Shown here: piece after piece, positions 45,689-55,065 of the stretch | Layout: each line of letters starts with the position of its first letter | Position numbering within the stretch: position 1 is the first letter of the stretch | From: Deltaproteobacteria bacterium | Lineage (GTDB): Bacteria > Desulfobacterota > Desulfobaccia > Desulfobaccales > 0-14-0-80-60-11 | Reading direction: 5' to 3' | DNA: 64,000 nucleotides | Assembly (NCBI GenBank): GCA_030018495.1 | Contig: JASEFS010000019.1 | Span: forward strand, 7,664 to 71,663 | Notes under the pieces: model-generated | What the model saw: only the letters and a program-made list of their open reading frames with translations | Databases searched by the model: none | Told to the model about the DNA's origin: nothing | Program-made: the position numbers and the translations under genes

Positions 45689-48001
45689 TTGCAGTTGAAA
45701 GCTACTCCGGAGCCAGGAACCTTGGCCAGAAAGCGGGTGCATGTAGCCGGGCTGGTCCAGGGCGTGGGTTTCCGCCCGTTTGTCTACCGGCTGGCCAAAA
45801 GTTTGCATCTCACCGGATGGGTGCGCAACACTTCCCAGGGGGTGGATATCGAGGCTCAAGGGGCTCCCGCGTTGCTGGAGAGTTTTATTCAAGACCTGGC
45901 AAGGCAAGCGCCTCCCCTGGCCCGGGTTGAGTCGGTGAAGGTTGCCGACATTGAGCCTGCGGGTGACGCGGCGTTTGCCATTTTGGAGAGCAAGACCTCC
46001 AGGGGCGTTGAGGCCGTGATCCCTCCGGATGTGGGGCTTTGCCGGGATTGCGCCGCCGAGATCCTCGACCCGCGGGACCGGCGTTATCACTATCCCTTCA
46101 CCAATTGCACCAACTGCGGTCCTCGTTTTACCATCATCCGGCAGGTGCCTTACGACCGGCCCCGGACCACCATGAGCGCTTTTGCCATGTGCGCCGCCTG
46201 CGAACGGGAATACCAGGACCCGGCAGACCGGCGGTTTCATGCCGAACCTACGGCCTGTCCGGCCTGCGGCCCCAAGTTATGGCTGGAGGTGGGGAACAGC
46301 CGCGTTGATAATGACGTCCTGGAAACCGCCGGGCGGCTGCTTCGAGAGGGCAGGGTGGTGGCGGTCAAGGGCCTGGGCGGCTTCCACCTGGCCTGCGACG
46401 CCAAGAACGACGCGGCGGTTCAAACCCTGCGTCAACGCAAGGGGCGCGTGGCCAAGCCTTTTGCCGTGATGGTCCGGGATCTGAAGGAAGCCGAGCGCCT
46501 CTGCTGTCTGGATGCGGAGGCCCGCAAGCTGCTTCTCTCACCCCGGAATCCGGTGGTGCTGGCCCGCAAAAAGCCGGAGAGCGGCGTGTCCGCAAAAGTG
46601 GCCCCCGGCAATAATTACCTCGGCCTCCTGCTGCCCTATACGCCCCTGCACCTGCTGCTCTTTGAACATGCCCCTGCCGCGTTGGTGATGACCAGCGGGA
46701 ATCTGAGCGAAGAGCCGCTGGCGTTCACCAATGAAGAGGCCAGGACCAGGCTGGCCGGGCTGGCCGACGCCCTGCTCTTGCACAACCGGGATATCCACGT
46801 GCCTTGCGATGATTCGGTGGTGCGGCCGACACCCGGCGGCATGGTGATTCCTCTGCGCCGGGCCCGGGGCTATGTGCCCCAGACGGTGCCGCTGCCGCTG
46901 GCGTCCCCTGAAATTTTGGGGGTGGGCGCGGAACAGAAGAACACCTTCTGCCTGGCCTGGAACCACACCGCGCTGCTGAGCCAGCACATCGGCGACCTGG
47001 ATACGATGGAGGCCTTTGAATTCTACCGGCGGGCCGTGAACCATTTCAAAGACCTGGCCCGGAAAGACCCGCAGATAATCGCCCATGACCTTCATCCCCG
47101 GTATCTCAGCACCCGGTATGCCTTATCCCAGAAGGAAAAGCGGCTTATCGGGGTGCAGCATCACCACGCGCACATCGCCGCCTGCCTGGCGGAAAACGGC
47201 CGGCAGGAAAAGTGCCTCGGTCTGGCTCTGGACGGCACGGGCTATGGCCCGGATGGCAGCATCTGGGGCGGGGAGATTTTGGTGGCCGATCTGGCCGAAT
47301 TTTCGAGAACCGGGCACCTGGCCCAAGTCAGGCTGCCTGCCGGGGAAGGCGCGGTGCGGCAGCCTGCCAAGATGGCGGTGTCTTATCTTCACGCCGCCTA
47401 TGGTGAGGCCTATGAGCAGGTGGCCCGGGACCTGGGTTTGGAATTTTCTCCCCTGGAGTGGCGCGTCTTGGGGCGCCAGTTGGCAACCGGCCTCAATGCC
47501 CCCCTTACATCCAGTGCCGGGCGCCTGTTCGACGCCGTGGCCGCAGCTCTGGGGATTTGCCGGGAGCGTACCTATGAGGGTCAGCCTGCGGTGGAATTGG
47601 AAATGGCGGCGGACCCCCAGGAGAGCGGCTTTTATCAAGTGCCGCTGCGAAAGGACGCTGAACCCTTCATCGTGGATACTGTCAGCCTTTTCCGCCAGAC
47701 TGTTAAAGATCGCCTGTCGGGTACTGATCATGCTATAGTAGCCGCGAGATTTCACAATTCGCTGGTAAAAGGCCTGGCCGCGGCCTGCGTGGCGGGGCGC
47801 GAGAGGACCGGGCTTAATCTGGTGGCCCTCTCCGGCGGGGTTTTTCAGAACGCCCTGATGGCGGTGAGCCTCAAGGACCGCCTGGAGCAAGCGGGCTTCG
47901 AAGTCCTGGCCCACAGGCTGGTGCCCCCCAATGACGGCGGCATCTCCCTGGGACAGGTGGCCGTGGCCGCAGCCAAAATCAACCGCAAAACTGAAAACTG
48001 A
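45689..48001 (+). CDS. hypF: Hydrogenase maturation carbamoyltransferase HypF
   Basis: GLVQGVGFRPFV, CTNCGPR, HDLHP.Y, QHHHAH, DGTGYG, NDGGISLGQ. Confidence 0.97.
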   Translation: MQLKATPEPGTLARKRVHVAGLVQGVGFRPFVYRLAKSLHLTGWVRNTSQGVDIEAQGAPALLESFIQDLARQAPPLARVESVKVADIEPAGDAAFAILESKTSRGVEAVIPPDVGLCRDCAAEILDPRDRRYHYPFTNCTNCGPRFTIIRQVPYDRPRTTMSAFAMCAACEREYQDPADRRFHAEPTACPACGPKLWLEVGNSRVDNDVLETAGRLLREGRVVAVKGLGGFHLACDAKNDAAVQTLRQRKGRVAKPFAVMVRDLKEAERLCCLDAEARKLLLSPRNPVVLARKKPESGVSAKVAPGNNYLGLLLPYTPLHLLLFEHAPAALVMTSGNLSEEPLAFTNEEARTRLAGLADALLLHNRDIHVPCDDSVVRPTPGGMVIPLRRARGYVPQTVPLPLASPEILGVGAEQKNTFCLAWNHTALLSQHIGDLDTMEAFEFYRRAVNHFKDLARKDPQIIAHDLHPRYLSTRYALSQKEKRLIGVQHHHAHIAACLAENGRQEKCLGLALDGTGYGPDGSIWGGEILVADLAEFSRTGHLAQVRLPAGEGAVRQPAKMAVSYLHAAYGEAYEQVARDLGLEFSPLEWRVLGRQLATGLNAPLTSSAGRLFDAVAAALGICRERTYEGQPAVELEMAADPQESGFYQVPLRKDAEPFIVDTVSLFRQTVKDRLSGTDHAIVAARFHNSLVKGLAAACVAGRERTGLNLVALSGGVFQNALMAVSLKDRLEQAGFEVLAHRLVPPNDGGISLGQVAVAAAKINRKTEN

Positions 48002-48011
48002 AAACTTTCCC

Positions 48012-48233
48012 ATGTGTCTTGCCATACCCATGAAAATTATCGAGGTTGACGGCGTCACCGCGGTCACCGAAGTGGACGGGGTGAAACGCCGGGCCCGCCT
48101 GGACCTCCTGCCCGAAGCCGGCGTAGGGGATTATGTCCTGGTGCACGCCGGCTTGGCCATTGCCAAGGTGGACGCCGCCGCGGCCCGAGAAACCCTGGAT
48201 GTTTTGCGGAAACTGGCCGATGAAGTTCAGTGA
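48012..48233 (+). CDS. hypC: HypC chaperone
   Basis: MCLAIP, GDYVLVHAGLAI. Confidence 0.96.
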   Translation: MCLAIPMKIIEVDGVTAVTEVDGVKRRARLDLLPEAGVGDYVLVHAGLAIAKVDAAAARETLDVLRKLADEVQ

Positions 48234-49308
48234 GGAGTTCCGGGACCAGGCTTTGGTGAAAGAGGCGGTTCGGCGTCTGGGCCGGCTGAGCGACGGCCCG
48301 GCCGTGATCATGGAGGTGTGCGGCACTCACACCATGAGCGTGGCCCGCTTCGGCTTGAAGTCCCTGCTGCCCGCCGGCGTCCGGCTGGTTTCGGGGCCGG
48401 GCTGCCCGGTTTGCGTCACCGCCCAGGAAGACATCGACGCGTTCCTGGCGTTGGGTGAGCGGCCCAATACCATCCTTGCAACTTTCGGTGATATGATGCG
48501 GGTGCCGGGCAGCGCCGCCTCCCTGGAGCGCCGCCGGGCCGAAGGCGTGGATGCCCGAGTGGTTTACGCCCCCCTGGATGCAGTGGACATCGCCCGGCAA
48601 AACCCGAATAAGGATGTGATTTTTTTCGGGGTCGGCTTTGAGACCACCATGCCTGCAACGGCCCTGGCCATTGAGGCTGCAGCCCGGGAACAGGTCGGGA
48701 ATTTCTCGGTCTTCTGCGTTCACAAAACCATGCCCAGGGCGCTGCGGGCGCTGCTGGCCAGCGGGTCAGTCAATGTTTCCGGGCTGCTCCTGCCCGGCCA
48801 TGTCACCGCCATAATCGGGGCCGAAGCGTATACCTTTATTTCCGAAGAATTCCGGATTCCCAGCGCGGTTACCGGTTTCGAGCCCCTGGATATTTTGTGG
48901 GGGATTGAGTCGATTTTGCGACAACTGCGGGAAAAGCGGGCCGTTATTGATAATGCCTACAGTCGTGCGGTAAAAAATTCTGCCAACCCCCTGGCCTCGC
49001 GGCTGCTCGAGAAGGTGTTTGAGCCGACGGAGGCAAATTGGCGCGGTCTGGGAGTTATCCCGGAAAGCGGGGTGAAGCTCCGGGAAGAATTTTCTCAAGC
49101 CGACGCCTCGGTCCGCTTTCGGGAGATCGTTGCCGCGGTGCCTCCGGCCCGGCCCAGCGCGTGCCGCTGCGGCGAAGTGTTGCGGGGGGTTCTGACGCCC
49201 TCCGAATGCCGGCTTTTCGCTAAGGCCTGCACGCCTTCCCAGCCGCTGGGCCCGTGCATGGTGTCCAGCGAAGGGGCCTGCGCCGCGGCGTTTCGTTTCG
49301 AACTATAA
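48220..49308 (+). CDS. hypD: HypD
   Basis: MEVCGTH, GPGCPVCV, GFETT, PGHV, CMVSSEGAC. Confidence 0.97.
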   Translation: MKFSEEFRDQALVKEAVRRLGRLSDGPAVIMEVCGTHTMSVARFGLKSLLPAGVRLVSGPGCPVCVTAQEDIDAFLALGERPNTILATFGDMMRVPGSAASLERRRAEGVDARVVYAPLDAVDIARQNPNKDVIFFGVGFETTMPATALAIEAAAREQVGNFSVFCVHKTMPRALRALLASGSVNVSGLLLPGHVTAIIGAEAYTFISEEFRIPSAVTGFEPLDILWGIESILRQLREKRAVIDNAYSRAVKNSANPLASRLLEKVFEPTEANWRGLGVIPESGVKLREEFSQADASVRFREIVAAVPPARPSACRCGEVLRGVLTPSECRLFAKACTPSQPLGPCMVSSEGACAAAFRFEL

Positions 49309-49377
49309 AGTGAGGGAAGTAAAAGGGCAGGGCATTAGGTGCCGGGCCTTTTCCTCATTATTCTGGTTTAAGGTATT

Positions 49378-50376
49378 ATGGAACGCGTCCTTCTCAGTCA
49401 CGGGGCCGGCGGGCCGGAAATGGCGGAGTTGATCGACCGGGTGTTTCTGACCTGCTACGCCGCTGACGATTATGTCCGCGACGACAGCTTTGCTTTGACC
49501 CTGGACGGCCGGCATATCGCGTTCACCACGGACTCCTTCGTGGTGGACCCGATTTTCTTCCCTGGCGGCGATATCGGGCGGCTGGCGGTGGCCGGCACGG
49601 TGAACGATCTCCTGACAGCCGGGGCGCGCCCCCTGGTGCTCTCCGCGTCTTTTATTCTGGAGGAGGGCCTGCCGGTGGAGACGCTCACCCGCATAGCCGC
49701 GTCCATGGCCCGGACGGCAAAGGAGAGCAACGTCGCCATTGTGACCGGCGATACCAAGGTGGTGCCCAAGGGTTCGGCGGACAAAATATTTATAACCACC
49801 TCAGGAGTTGGGCAAATCATTCGGCCCGGAGTTTCCGGGGCCGCGCTCCAAGCGGGCGATCGCCTAATTCTCACCGGTTCTATAGGTGACCACGGCGCCG
49901 CGGTCATGCTGGCCCGGGAGGGGCTGTTGGATGGGGAGAACATTTTAAGCGATGCAGCCCCTCTAACCGAGTTGGTGCTGCGCCTGTTGGAAGCGGGCCT
50001 GGAAATTCATGCCATGCGGGACCCGACGAGGGGCGGGATCGCCGCGGCTTTAAACGAAATGGCCCGGCAATCCGGGGTTTGCGTGGAAATCGTCGAATCT
50101 CAGGTTCCCGTGAAGCCGCCGGTCGCGGCGGCCTGCGAAGCCCTGGGGTTGGATGTGTTCCAGGTGGCCAACGAAGGCAAGATGCTCATTGCGGTGGCTT
50201 CTGAAGACGCGGACGCGGCCCTGGCTTTGGTGCGATCCTGCTGCTACGGCGCTGAGGCCCGGATCATCGGCCAGGTAAAGCCGGGGCCGGCCGGGCGGGT
50301 GCAGCTCAAGACGCTGATCGACACGACCAGGCTGATCGAGCCGCCCAGAGGCGAATTGCTGCCTCGCATTTGCTGA
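49378..50376 (+). CDS. hypE: HypE
   Basis: HGAGG, TTDSFVV.P.FFPGGDIG, RDPTRGG, C-terminal PRIC. Confidence 0.97.
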   Translation: MERVLLSHGAGGPEMAELIDRVFLTCYAADDYVRDDSFALTLDGRHIAFTTDSFVVDPIFFPGGDIGRLAVAGTVNDLLTAGARPLVLSASFILEEGLPVETLTRIAASMARTAKESNVAIVTGDTKVVPKGSADKIFITTSGVGQIIRPGVSGAALQAGDRLILTGSIGDHGAAVMLAREGLLDGENILSDAAPLTELVLRLLEAGLEIHAMRDPTRGGIAAALNEMARQSGVCVEIVESQVPVKPPVAAACEALGLDVFQVANEGKMLIAVASEDADAALALVRSCCYGAEARIIGQVKPGPAGRVQLKTLIDTTRLIEPPRGELLPRIC

Positions 50377-50405
50377 GGCTTAAACGCGTATAGAAGTCTT
50401 GGCCC

Positions 50406-50434
50406 TTGCAAAAACCTGGAGTAATGATTAAAAT
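50406..50434 (+). promoter_or_regulatory. sigma70 promoter of ssrA
   Basis: TTGCAA-N17-TAAAAT, 8 nt upstream of the mature 5' end. Confidence 0.7.
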
Positions 50435-50442
50435 AGTTTTGA

Positions 50443-50792
50443 GGGGGCGAAACGGCTTCGACGTAGATAGGGAACTTTAAGTTGCATGCCGAGGTCCTGT
50501 CCGCTCGTAAAACGGGTGGGAAAACCAATAAGTGCCGACAATTACGGCTACGCTCTAGCCGCTTAAGGCTGGCATCCGGGAAGTCCTTGCCGGAAGGGAG
50601 CCCCGGGTGACGGAATTCCGGCAAAGCTGCCACGCAGGCCCATGGCTTGGCAGACTAAAACTTAAGGTGGGCTAGTCTTAGGGAATTCCGCCGGTGGAAG
50701 TCCTTACAGGCGAAGGCAATACGCCGGCTAAGCATGTAGAAGCTTAAAGGGAATATTTGCGGACGCGGGTTCGACTCCCGCCGCCTCCACCA
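50443..50792 (+). ncRNA. ssrA: tmRNA; tag (A)ADNYGYALAA at 50534-50566
   Basis: 5' GGGGGCGAAACGGCTTCGAC; 3' GGACGCGGGTTCGACTCCCGCCGCCTCCACCA; internal tag ORF ending ALAA-stop. Confidence 0.97.
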
Positions 50793-50812
50793 TTAAAGTT
50801 GTTGATATTATT

Positions 50813-50843
50813 AGCCGCGCTTTAGTGAAGTGCGGCTTTTTTT
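50813..50843 (+). terminator. Terminator after ssrA
   Basis: AGCCGCGCTT-tagtg-AAGTGCGGCT followed by a T-tract. Confidence 0.8.
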
Positions 50844-50878
50844 GCGTCCGTACACCGTCCGTAAACCTTCTCATAAGG

Positions 50879-50920
50879 ATCCCTGTTCAGGTCAATCCTG
50901 GGCGGGGATTTTTTTCTTTT
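50879..50920 (+). terminator. Second terminator-like hairpin
   Basis: ATCCCTGTTCAGG-tcaat-CCTGGGCGGGGAT followed by a T-tract. Confidence 0.65.
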
Positions 50921-51126
50921 CCACTGCTTCTTCGCGGGCCTCATTACCTCCCGGGGGCGCCCCTCCCCGATAGAGTAACTCCACCGGAGGCCCGGCGAGG
51001 CCATCCTGCCTGCGGGGGTTCAACCCTACCTTCCACTTCCCCGGCCTCGTCCATTTTACGGCGGAGCGAAGAACGGGCCGGTTTCCCATGGCCAGCCCGC
51101 GGTCTGACCGGGGGCGATGTGGGACG

Positions 51127-51172
51127 CACCCCTCTTCCAGCACGGGGGACGGCTGGGGGAGGGGTGTTTTTT
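51127..51172 (+). terminator. Third terminator-like hairpin, before the first phage gene
   Basis: CACCCCTCTTCCAGC...GCTGGGGGAGGGGTG followed by T6. Confidence 0.7.
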
Positions 51173-51431
51173 GTTGCCCCTTTTGCGGCTGAAAGGAGAC
51201 GGCGATGCGGCGGATATTACGGGGTCTGCTGACGGCGGCGGGGGCCTGCTGCTGGTGCCCGCGCTGCTGGCGGAGGGAACAGCCAAGCTGTTCTGGTTTG
51301 GCATCCTGGGCCTGGATCGTCTCTACACCCTTTTGGAGGAGTGAAATGGCTTACCTCAAGTTTTACGGCTTGTGGCTGGGCTTGACCGTCGCCCTCACGG
51401 CGGTGACGTCGTGGCTCATGAGGAAGTGCAG

Positions 51432-51635
51432 ATGAGGTGCAAGGAGGTGAGACTGGTGAAGGTCTGGAACGAGGAAGGGCAAAGGGAACAGCGGGAACTG
51501 CCCCCGCAGCGGATTTGCGCCTGGTGCGGCTGCCGCCTGCCGGACAGGGGCAGGCCCGAGCTCCCCCCGGGCAAGGTGTCCCACGGCATTTGCCAGCCCT
51601 GCGTCGGGGAAAACTTCAAAGACCTGGAGGGATAA
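51432..51635 (+). CDS. Phage small zinc-finger protein
   Basis: ICAWC...SHGICQPC; ATGA overlap with the preceding ORF. Confidence 0.7.
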   Translation: MRCKEVRLVKVWNEEGQREQRELPPQRICAWCGCRLPDRGRPELPPGKVSHGICQPCVGENFKDLEG

Positions 51636-51636
51636 G

Positions 51637-52248
51637 ATGGAAGTCCGTTTTGAGCGTAAGCGGGGCTGCGGCTTCCGCAAGCCCGGCGGCCTGTACCTGG
51701 TGGCCCCGGGCGACGCAGAGCCTTGCTGCAAGCTCCCCCTGAAACTGGACGTGTGCCCCACCTGCCACGCCGGCGTCAAGCCCACCCGGGGGTGGACCTG
51801 GGTGGACGGGGACGCCCTGCTGGGGCATATCACCTGCCAAGACGATTACAAGGACGGCAGGTGCCCCGCCTCCCGACCCATGGGCCGGGTGGGGCTCCTA
51901 TGGGTAGGGGAGAAGTTTTACCCCACCCCCGCCGACTTCAACCGGGAGGCTGCCGACCTGGGCATCTCCCGGCGCATTCCGGCCCTCCCCAAAGGCTTCA
52001 GTCTCGGGGAGACCTGGGTCTTCCTGGCCCACCGCAAGGCCGTCTACTTGGGCCATTCCGGCCTTGCCTCCGAGTATGGCGGGCCGGAAGAACATTTCTA
52101 TGCCCCCGCCATCTTCCGCATCTTCAAACCCGCCGCAGTTGAGTACGTTGTCCGGGGGGATGAGACCCCGGAGCAACTCCAAAGGCTCATCGACCGGGGC
52201 ATCACCCCGGTCAAGGTGGTTCCCGCCGAAGAGGCGGAGGCCGCATAA
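51637..52248 (+). CDS. Phage hypothetical Cys-rich protein
   Basis: GGAGG RBS; RGCG.RK.GGLY, CPTC. Confidence 0.75.
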   Translation: MEVRFERKRGCGFRKPGGLYLVAPGDAEPCCKLPLKLDVCPTCHAGVKPTRGWTWVDGDALLGHITCQDDYKDGRCPASRPMGRVGLLWVGEKFYPTPADFNREAADLGISRRIPALPKGFSLGETWVFLAHRKAVYLGHSGLASEYGGPEEHFYAPAIFRIFKPAAVEYVVRGDETPEQLQRLIDRGITPVKVVPAEEAEAA

Positions 52249-52269
52249 CCCATCACAGGAGGATATTCC

Positions 52270-52449
52270 ATGCCCGACTTTGCCGTTGAAGTCAAATTTA
52301 AGAGCATCTACGGCCCCTTCACTTACCCCGACCCCGCCATGTTGAAGCAGGACTTCCTGGCCGGCAAGCTCCCCCTGACCCCGGCAAACGCCATCATCGA
52401 GGACAACCTGACGGGCATCACCGTCAAGGAAGTGAAGCCGGAAAAGTAA
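52270..52449 (+). CDS. Phage hypothetical protein, 59 aa (MPDFAVEVKF...)
   Basis: AGGAGG RBS; fills the gap in the operon. Confidence 0.65.
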   Translation: MPDFAVEVKFKSIYGPFTYPDPAMLKQDFLAGKLPLTPANAIIEDNLTGITVKEVKPEK

Positions 52450-52453
52450 GACC

Positions 52454-52996
52454 TTGAATTATCCGAGCGTGACCCAGGTCCTTAAACCTTTTGCCGACTT
52501 CTCCCCGGTTCCGCCCGAGGTCCTGGACGCGGCCGCGGAGCGGGGCCAGGAGGTCCACCGCCTTTGCCACCTGCACGCCAAGGGGCTGTGGGTGGACGAG
52601 GTGGCGCCGGAGTGCGCCGGCTATTTCGCGTCGTTCCAGGGCTGGTTCGACGCGTACGTGGAAAGGGTCTGGCTGGTGGAGGAACGGCTGGTGTGCGAAG
52701 TCCTGGGATTCACCGGCGAGCCGGACCTGGTGGTCACGCTCCGGGGGGACGCCCGGCCGTCGGTCTGGGACCTGAAGACTCCCCGGGCCAGCGCCCCGAC
52801 GTGGCGGGTGCAGGTGTCGGCTTACCGGTACCTTGCCCGCAAAGCCGGATACGACATCCTCCGGATGGGGTGCTTAAGGCTGTCGCCGACCGGGGGGGCG
52901 CCCATTCTGGAGGAATACACGCAAACCGTGGAGAGGGACTTTGCCGTGTTTCTCTCCGCCCTGAATTGCTGGAGGTTTTTCCATGATCGAGATTGA
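52454..52996 (+). CDS. PD-(D/E)xK exonuclease (RecB/Cas4-like)
   Basis: PSVT, RG..VH, GEPDL, DLKT, Q..AY motifs. Confidence 0.8.
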   Translation: MNYPSVTQVLKPFADFSPVPPEVLDAAAERGQEVHRLCHLHAKGLWVDEVAPECAGYFASFQGWFDAYVERVWLVEERLVCEVLGFTGEPDLVVTLRGDARPSVWDLKTPRASAPTWRVQVSAYRYLARKAGYDILRMGCLRLSPTGGAPILEEYTQTVERDFAVFLSALNCWRFFHDRD

Positions 52997-53714
52997 TTTC
53001 GCCGCGGCCCTGGAACCGCAGCCCCAGGAGCTGGATATCGTGGAGCCGGACCTGCCGGAGGCGGCAGAGTTCGACACGCAGCGGGCATTGGCCCACGTCC
53101 TGCGGTTTGAGCAGGAGATCAAGCTGCTGGTGGCCAGGTCCAAGACCCTGACCGTGATCCAGAACGACGAAGCGCGGGACCTGGCCGCGGAATGGGGAGC
53201 CCAGGCCAAGAAACTATACAAGCGGCTGGAGGAGCTGCGCCACCACTACGTCGACCCCCACAACAAGTATCTGCGGGAGGTCAACAACTTTTTCAAGAAG
53301 TTCACCGACCCCCTGCAGGCCATTGAAAAGAGCATGGGGCGGCTGCTGGCGGCCTACCGGAAACTCCAGGAGAACGAGCGCCGGCGCAAAGCGGCGGAGC
53401 AGGAGGCGGAGGCCCGAAGGCTCCAGGAGCAGTTGGAAGCCGAGGCCCAGGCGGCGGCAGCCGAAGGCAAGCCTTACGAACCGGTGACGGTGGTCGCGCC
53501 GCTGGTGACCGAGGTGCCGAAAGTCACCCGGACCGCGGAGGGCAGCGCCCAGCAGCGGAAGCGCTGGGTGGGGCGCATCGTCAACCCCGAACTCGTGCCC
53601 CGGGAATACTGCGAGCCGAGCCAGAAGCTGATCAACCAGGCGGTCAGGGCCGGCGTGCGGGAGATTCCGGGCTGCGTCATCGAAGAGGAATACGAAACCG
53701 GATTCCGAGTATAG
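52983..53714 (+). CDS. Phage coiled-coil protein of the recombination module
   Basis: Coiled coil, C-terminal VPREY...IPG; between exonuclease and Bet. Confidence 0.7.
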   Translation: MIEIDFAAALEPQPQELDIVEPDLPEAAEFDTQRALAHVLRFEQEIKLLVARSKTLTVIQNDEARDLAAEWGAQAKKLYKRLEELRHHYVDPHNKYLREVNNFFKKFTDPLQAIEKSMGRLLAAYRKLQENERRRKAAEQEAEARRLQEQLEAEAQAAAAEGKPYEPVTVVAPLVTEVPKVTRTAEGSAQQRKRWVGRIVNPELVPREYCEPSQKLINQAVRAGVREIPGCVIEEEYETGFRV

Positions 53715-53723
53715 GAGGGAATT

Positions 53724-54890
53724 ATGAGCAGCAATCTGCCGCAACAGCCGCAGCACAAGATGGTGGTCTACAAGGCCAAGGACGGCCAGGAGGTCCAGCT
53801 TTCCATCGACATCGTGCGCAACTACCTGGTGACCGGCAGAAAAGAGCTGGTCACCGTGCAGGAGTTCGTCTACTTCATGGGGATTTGCAAGAGCCGGGGG
53901 CTGAACCCCTTTGCCAGGGACTGCTACCTGATCAAGTACACCGAAAGCGACCCCGCGGCCATCGTCACGTCCATCGACTTTTACCGCTCCCGGGCCCGGG
54001 CCCAGGCCGACTGCACCGGATGGGAAAAGGGCGTGGTCTGCCGCAACGAAAAAACCGGCGAGCTGCGCTATTCCAAGGGCCTGGTGCTCCCCGATGAGAA
54101 GCTGGTGGGCGGCTGGTTCAGGGCCACGCCCAAAGGCTGGGACGTGCCCTTCGAGCTGGAAGTCAACCTGGAGGGCTACATCAAGCGGACCAGGGACGGC
54201 AAAATCACCCAGTTCTGGACCGAAGCCAAACAGCCCACCATGATCGCCAAGGTGGCGGAGTCCCAGGGTTTGCGGACGCTCTGGCCGGACGAGTTCCGGG
54301 GCACCATCACCGCAGAGGAGGCCAGCCTGCAGCTGGACAACTTTGAGACCATTGACGTCGAGACCCTCAAGGCGGGGGAGGCGCCGGAGCCGCCGCCGGA
54401 CACCTCAGAGTTCGACCTGCTGGTGGAGGAGATGAATCTCTCGCCGGAGCGCCTGGACCGCCTGGTGAGGTTCGTGGCGGAGTGCGCCGCGGCCAACAGC
54501 CGGAAGTCGATGGCTGCCGTAACCCCGGCGGACATCAAGGTGCGGGCGGCGGCCAATTTCGGGGCCTTCTGGCAGGCCTTCGAAGCCTGGGAGAAGCGCG
54601 GGGAAGGGCTACAAAGCCCTGCGCCGGAAGAAGAGCCGACGGCGAAGCAGGCCCCGCCTGAGGCCGGCCAGGAAGAATCAGCGCCCCCGGAAGCTCCTTC
54701 ACCCGAGGAGCTGAAGGCGAAGCTCAAGGCCGTTTACGACCTGGCGGTGAAGAAGCAGATCGTGGGCCAGGTCATGGAGCAGTTCAGGATGAACCAGTGG
54801 GACGACTTCCTGGCCTTCCCGGAGATGCTGCCCACGCTGGAGGCTTTTGTGCACCAGTATGAAGCGCCAAAGGGCAAGGGCAAGAGATAG
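53724..54890 (+). CDS. bet: Phage single-strand annealing recombinase (Bet/RecT family)
   Basis: F...C...GLNPF...YLIKY, LVGGW, W...P.MI.KVAE...LR..P. Confidence 0.85.
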   Translation: MSSNLPQQPQHKMVVYKAKDGQEVQLSIDIVRNYLVTGRKELVTVQEFVYFMGICKSRGLNPFARDCYLIKYTESDPAAIVTSIDFYRSRARAQADCTGWEKGVVCRNEKTGELRYSKGLVLPDEKLVGGWFRATPKGWDVPFELEVNLEGYIKRTRDGKITQFWTEAKQPTMIAKVAESQGLRTLWPDEFRGTITAEEASLQLDNFETIDVETLKAGEAPEPPPDTSEFDLLVEEMNLSPERLDRLVRFVAECAAANSRKSMAAVTPADIKVRAAANFGAFWQAFEAWEKRGEGLQSPAPEEEPTAKQAPPEAGQEESAPPEAPSPEELKAKLKAVYDLAVKKQIVGQVMEQFRMNQWDDFLAFPEMLPTLEAFVHQYEAPKGKGKR

Positions 54891-54899
54891 GGGGGGAGG

Positions 54900-55064
54900 A
54901 TGCCTGTCTGTCCGTTTGTCGACCGCAACTGCACGGCAGCCTGCAAGGCTTACCTAGCCAGGGACGGCCGGGATTTATGCGGGGTGATTTCCGCCATCCT
55001 GCACCTCGGGAAACAGCTGCGCGAACTCACCCAGGCGTACCTGTGCAATTCGAAGGAAAGCTGA
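54900..55064 (+). CDS. Phage small Cys protein (MPVCPFVDRNCTAAC...)
   Basis: G-rich RBS; 54 aa; coupled to neighbours. Confidence 0.55.
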   Translation: MPVCPFVDRNCTAACKAYLARDGRDLCGVISAILHLGKQLRELTQAYLCNSKES

Positions 55065-55065
55065 C

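Noticed and set aside
51010-51030. T-loop-like GGTTCAA suggesting a tRNA
   Set aside because: No acceptor, D or anticodon arms could be built around it.
52454-52996. Cas4 / CRISPR adaptation gene
   Set aside because: No four-Cys Fe-S cluster pattern, array or cas1; the context next to Bet indicates a phage recombination exonuclease.
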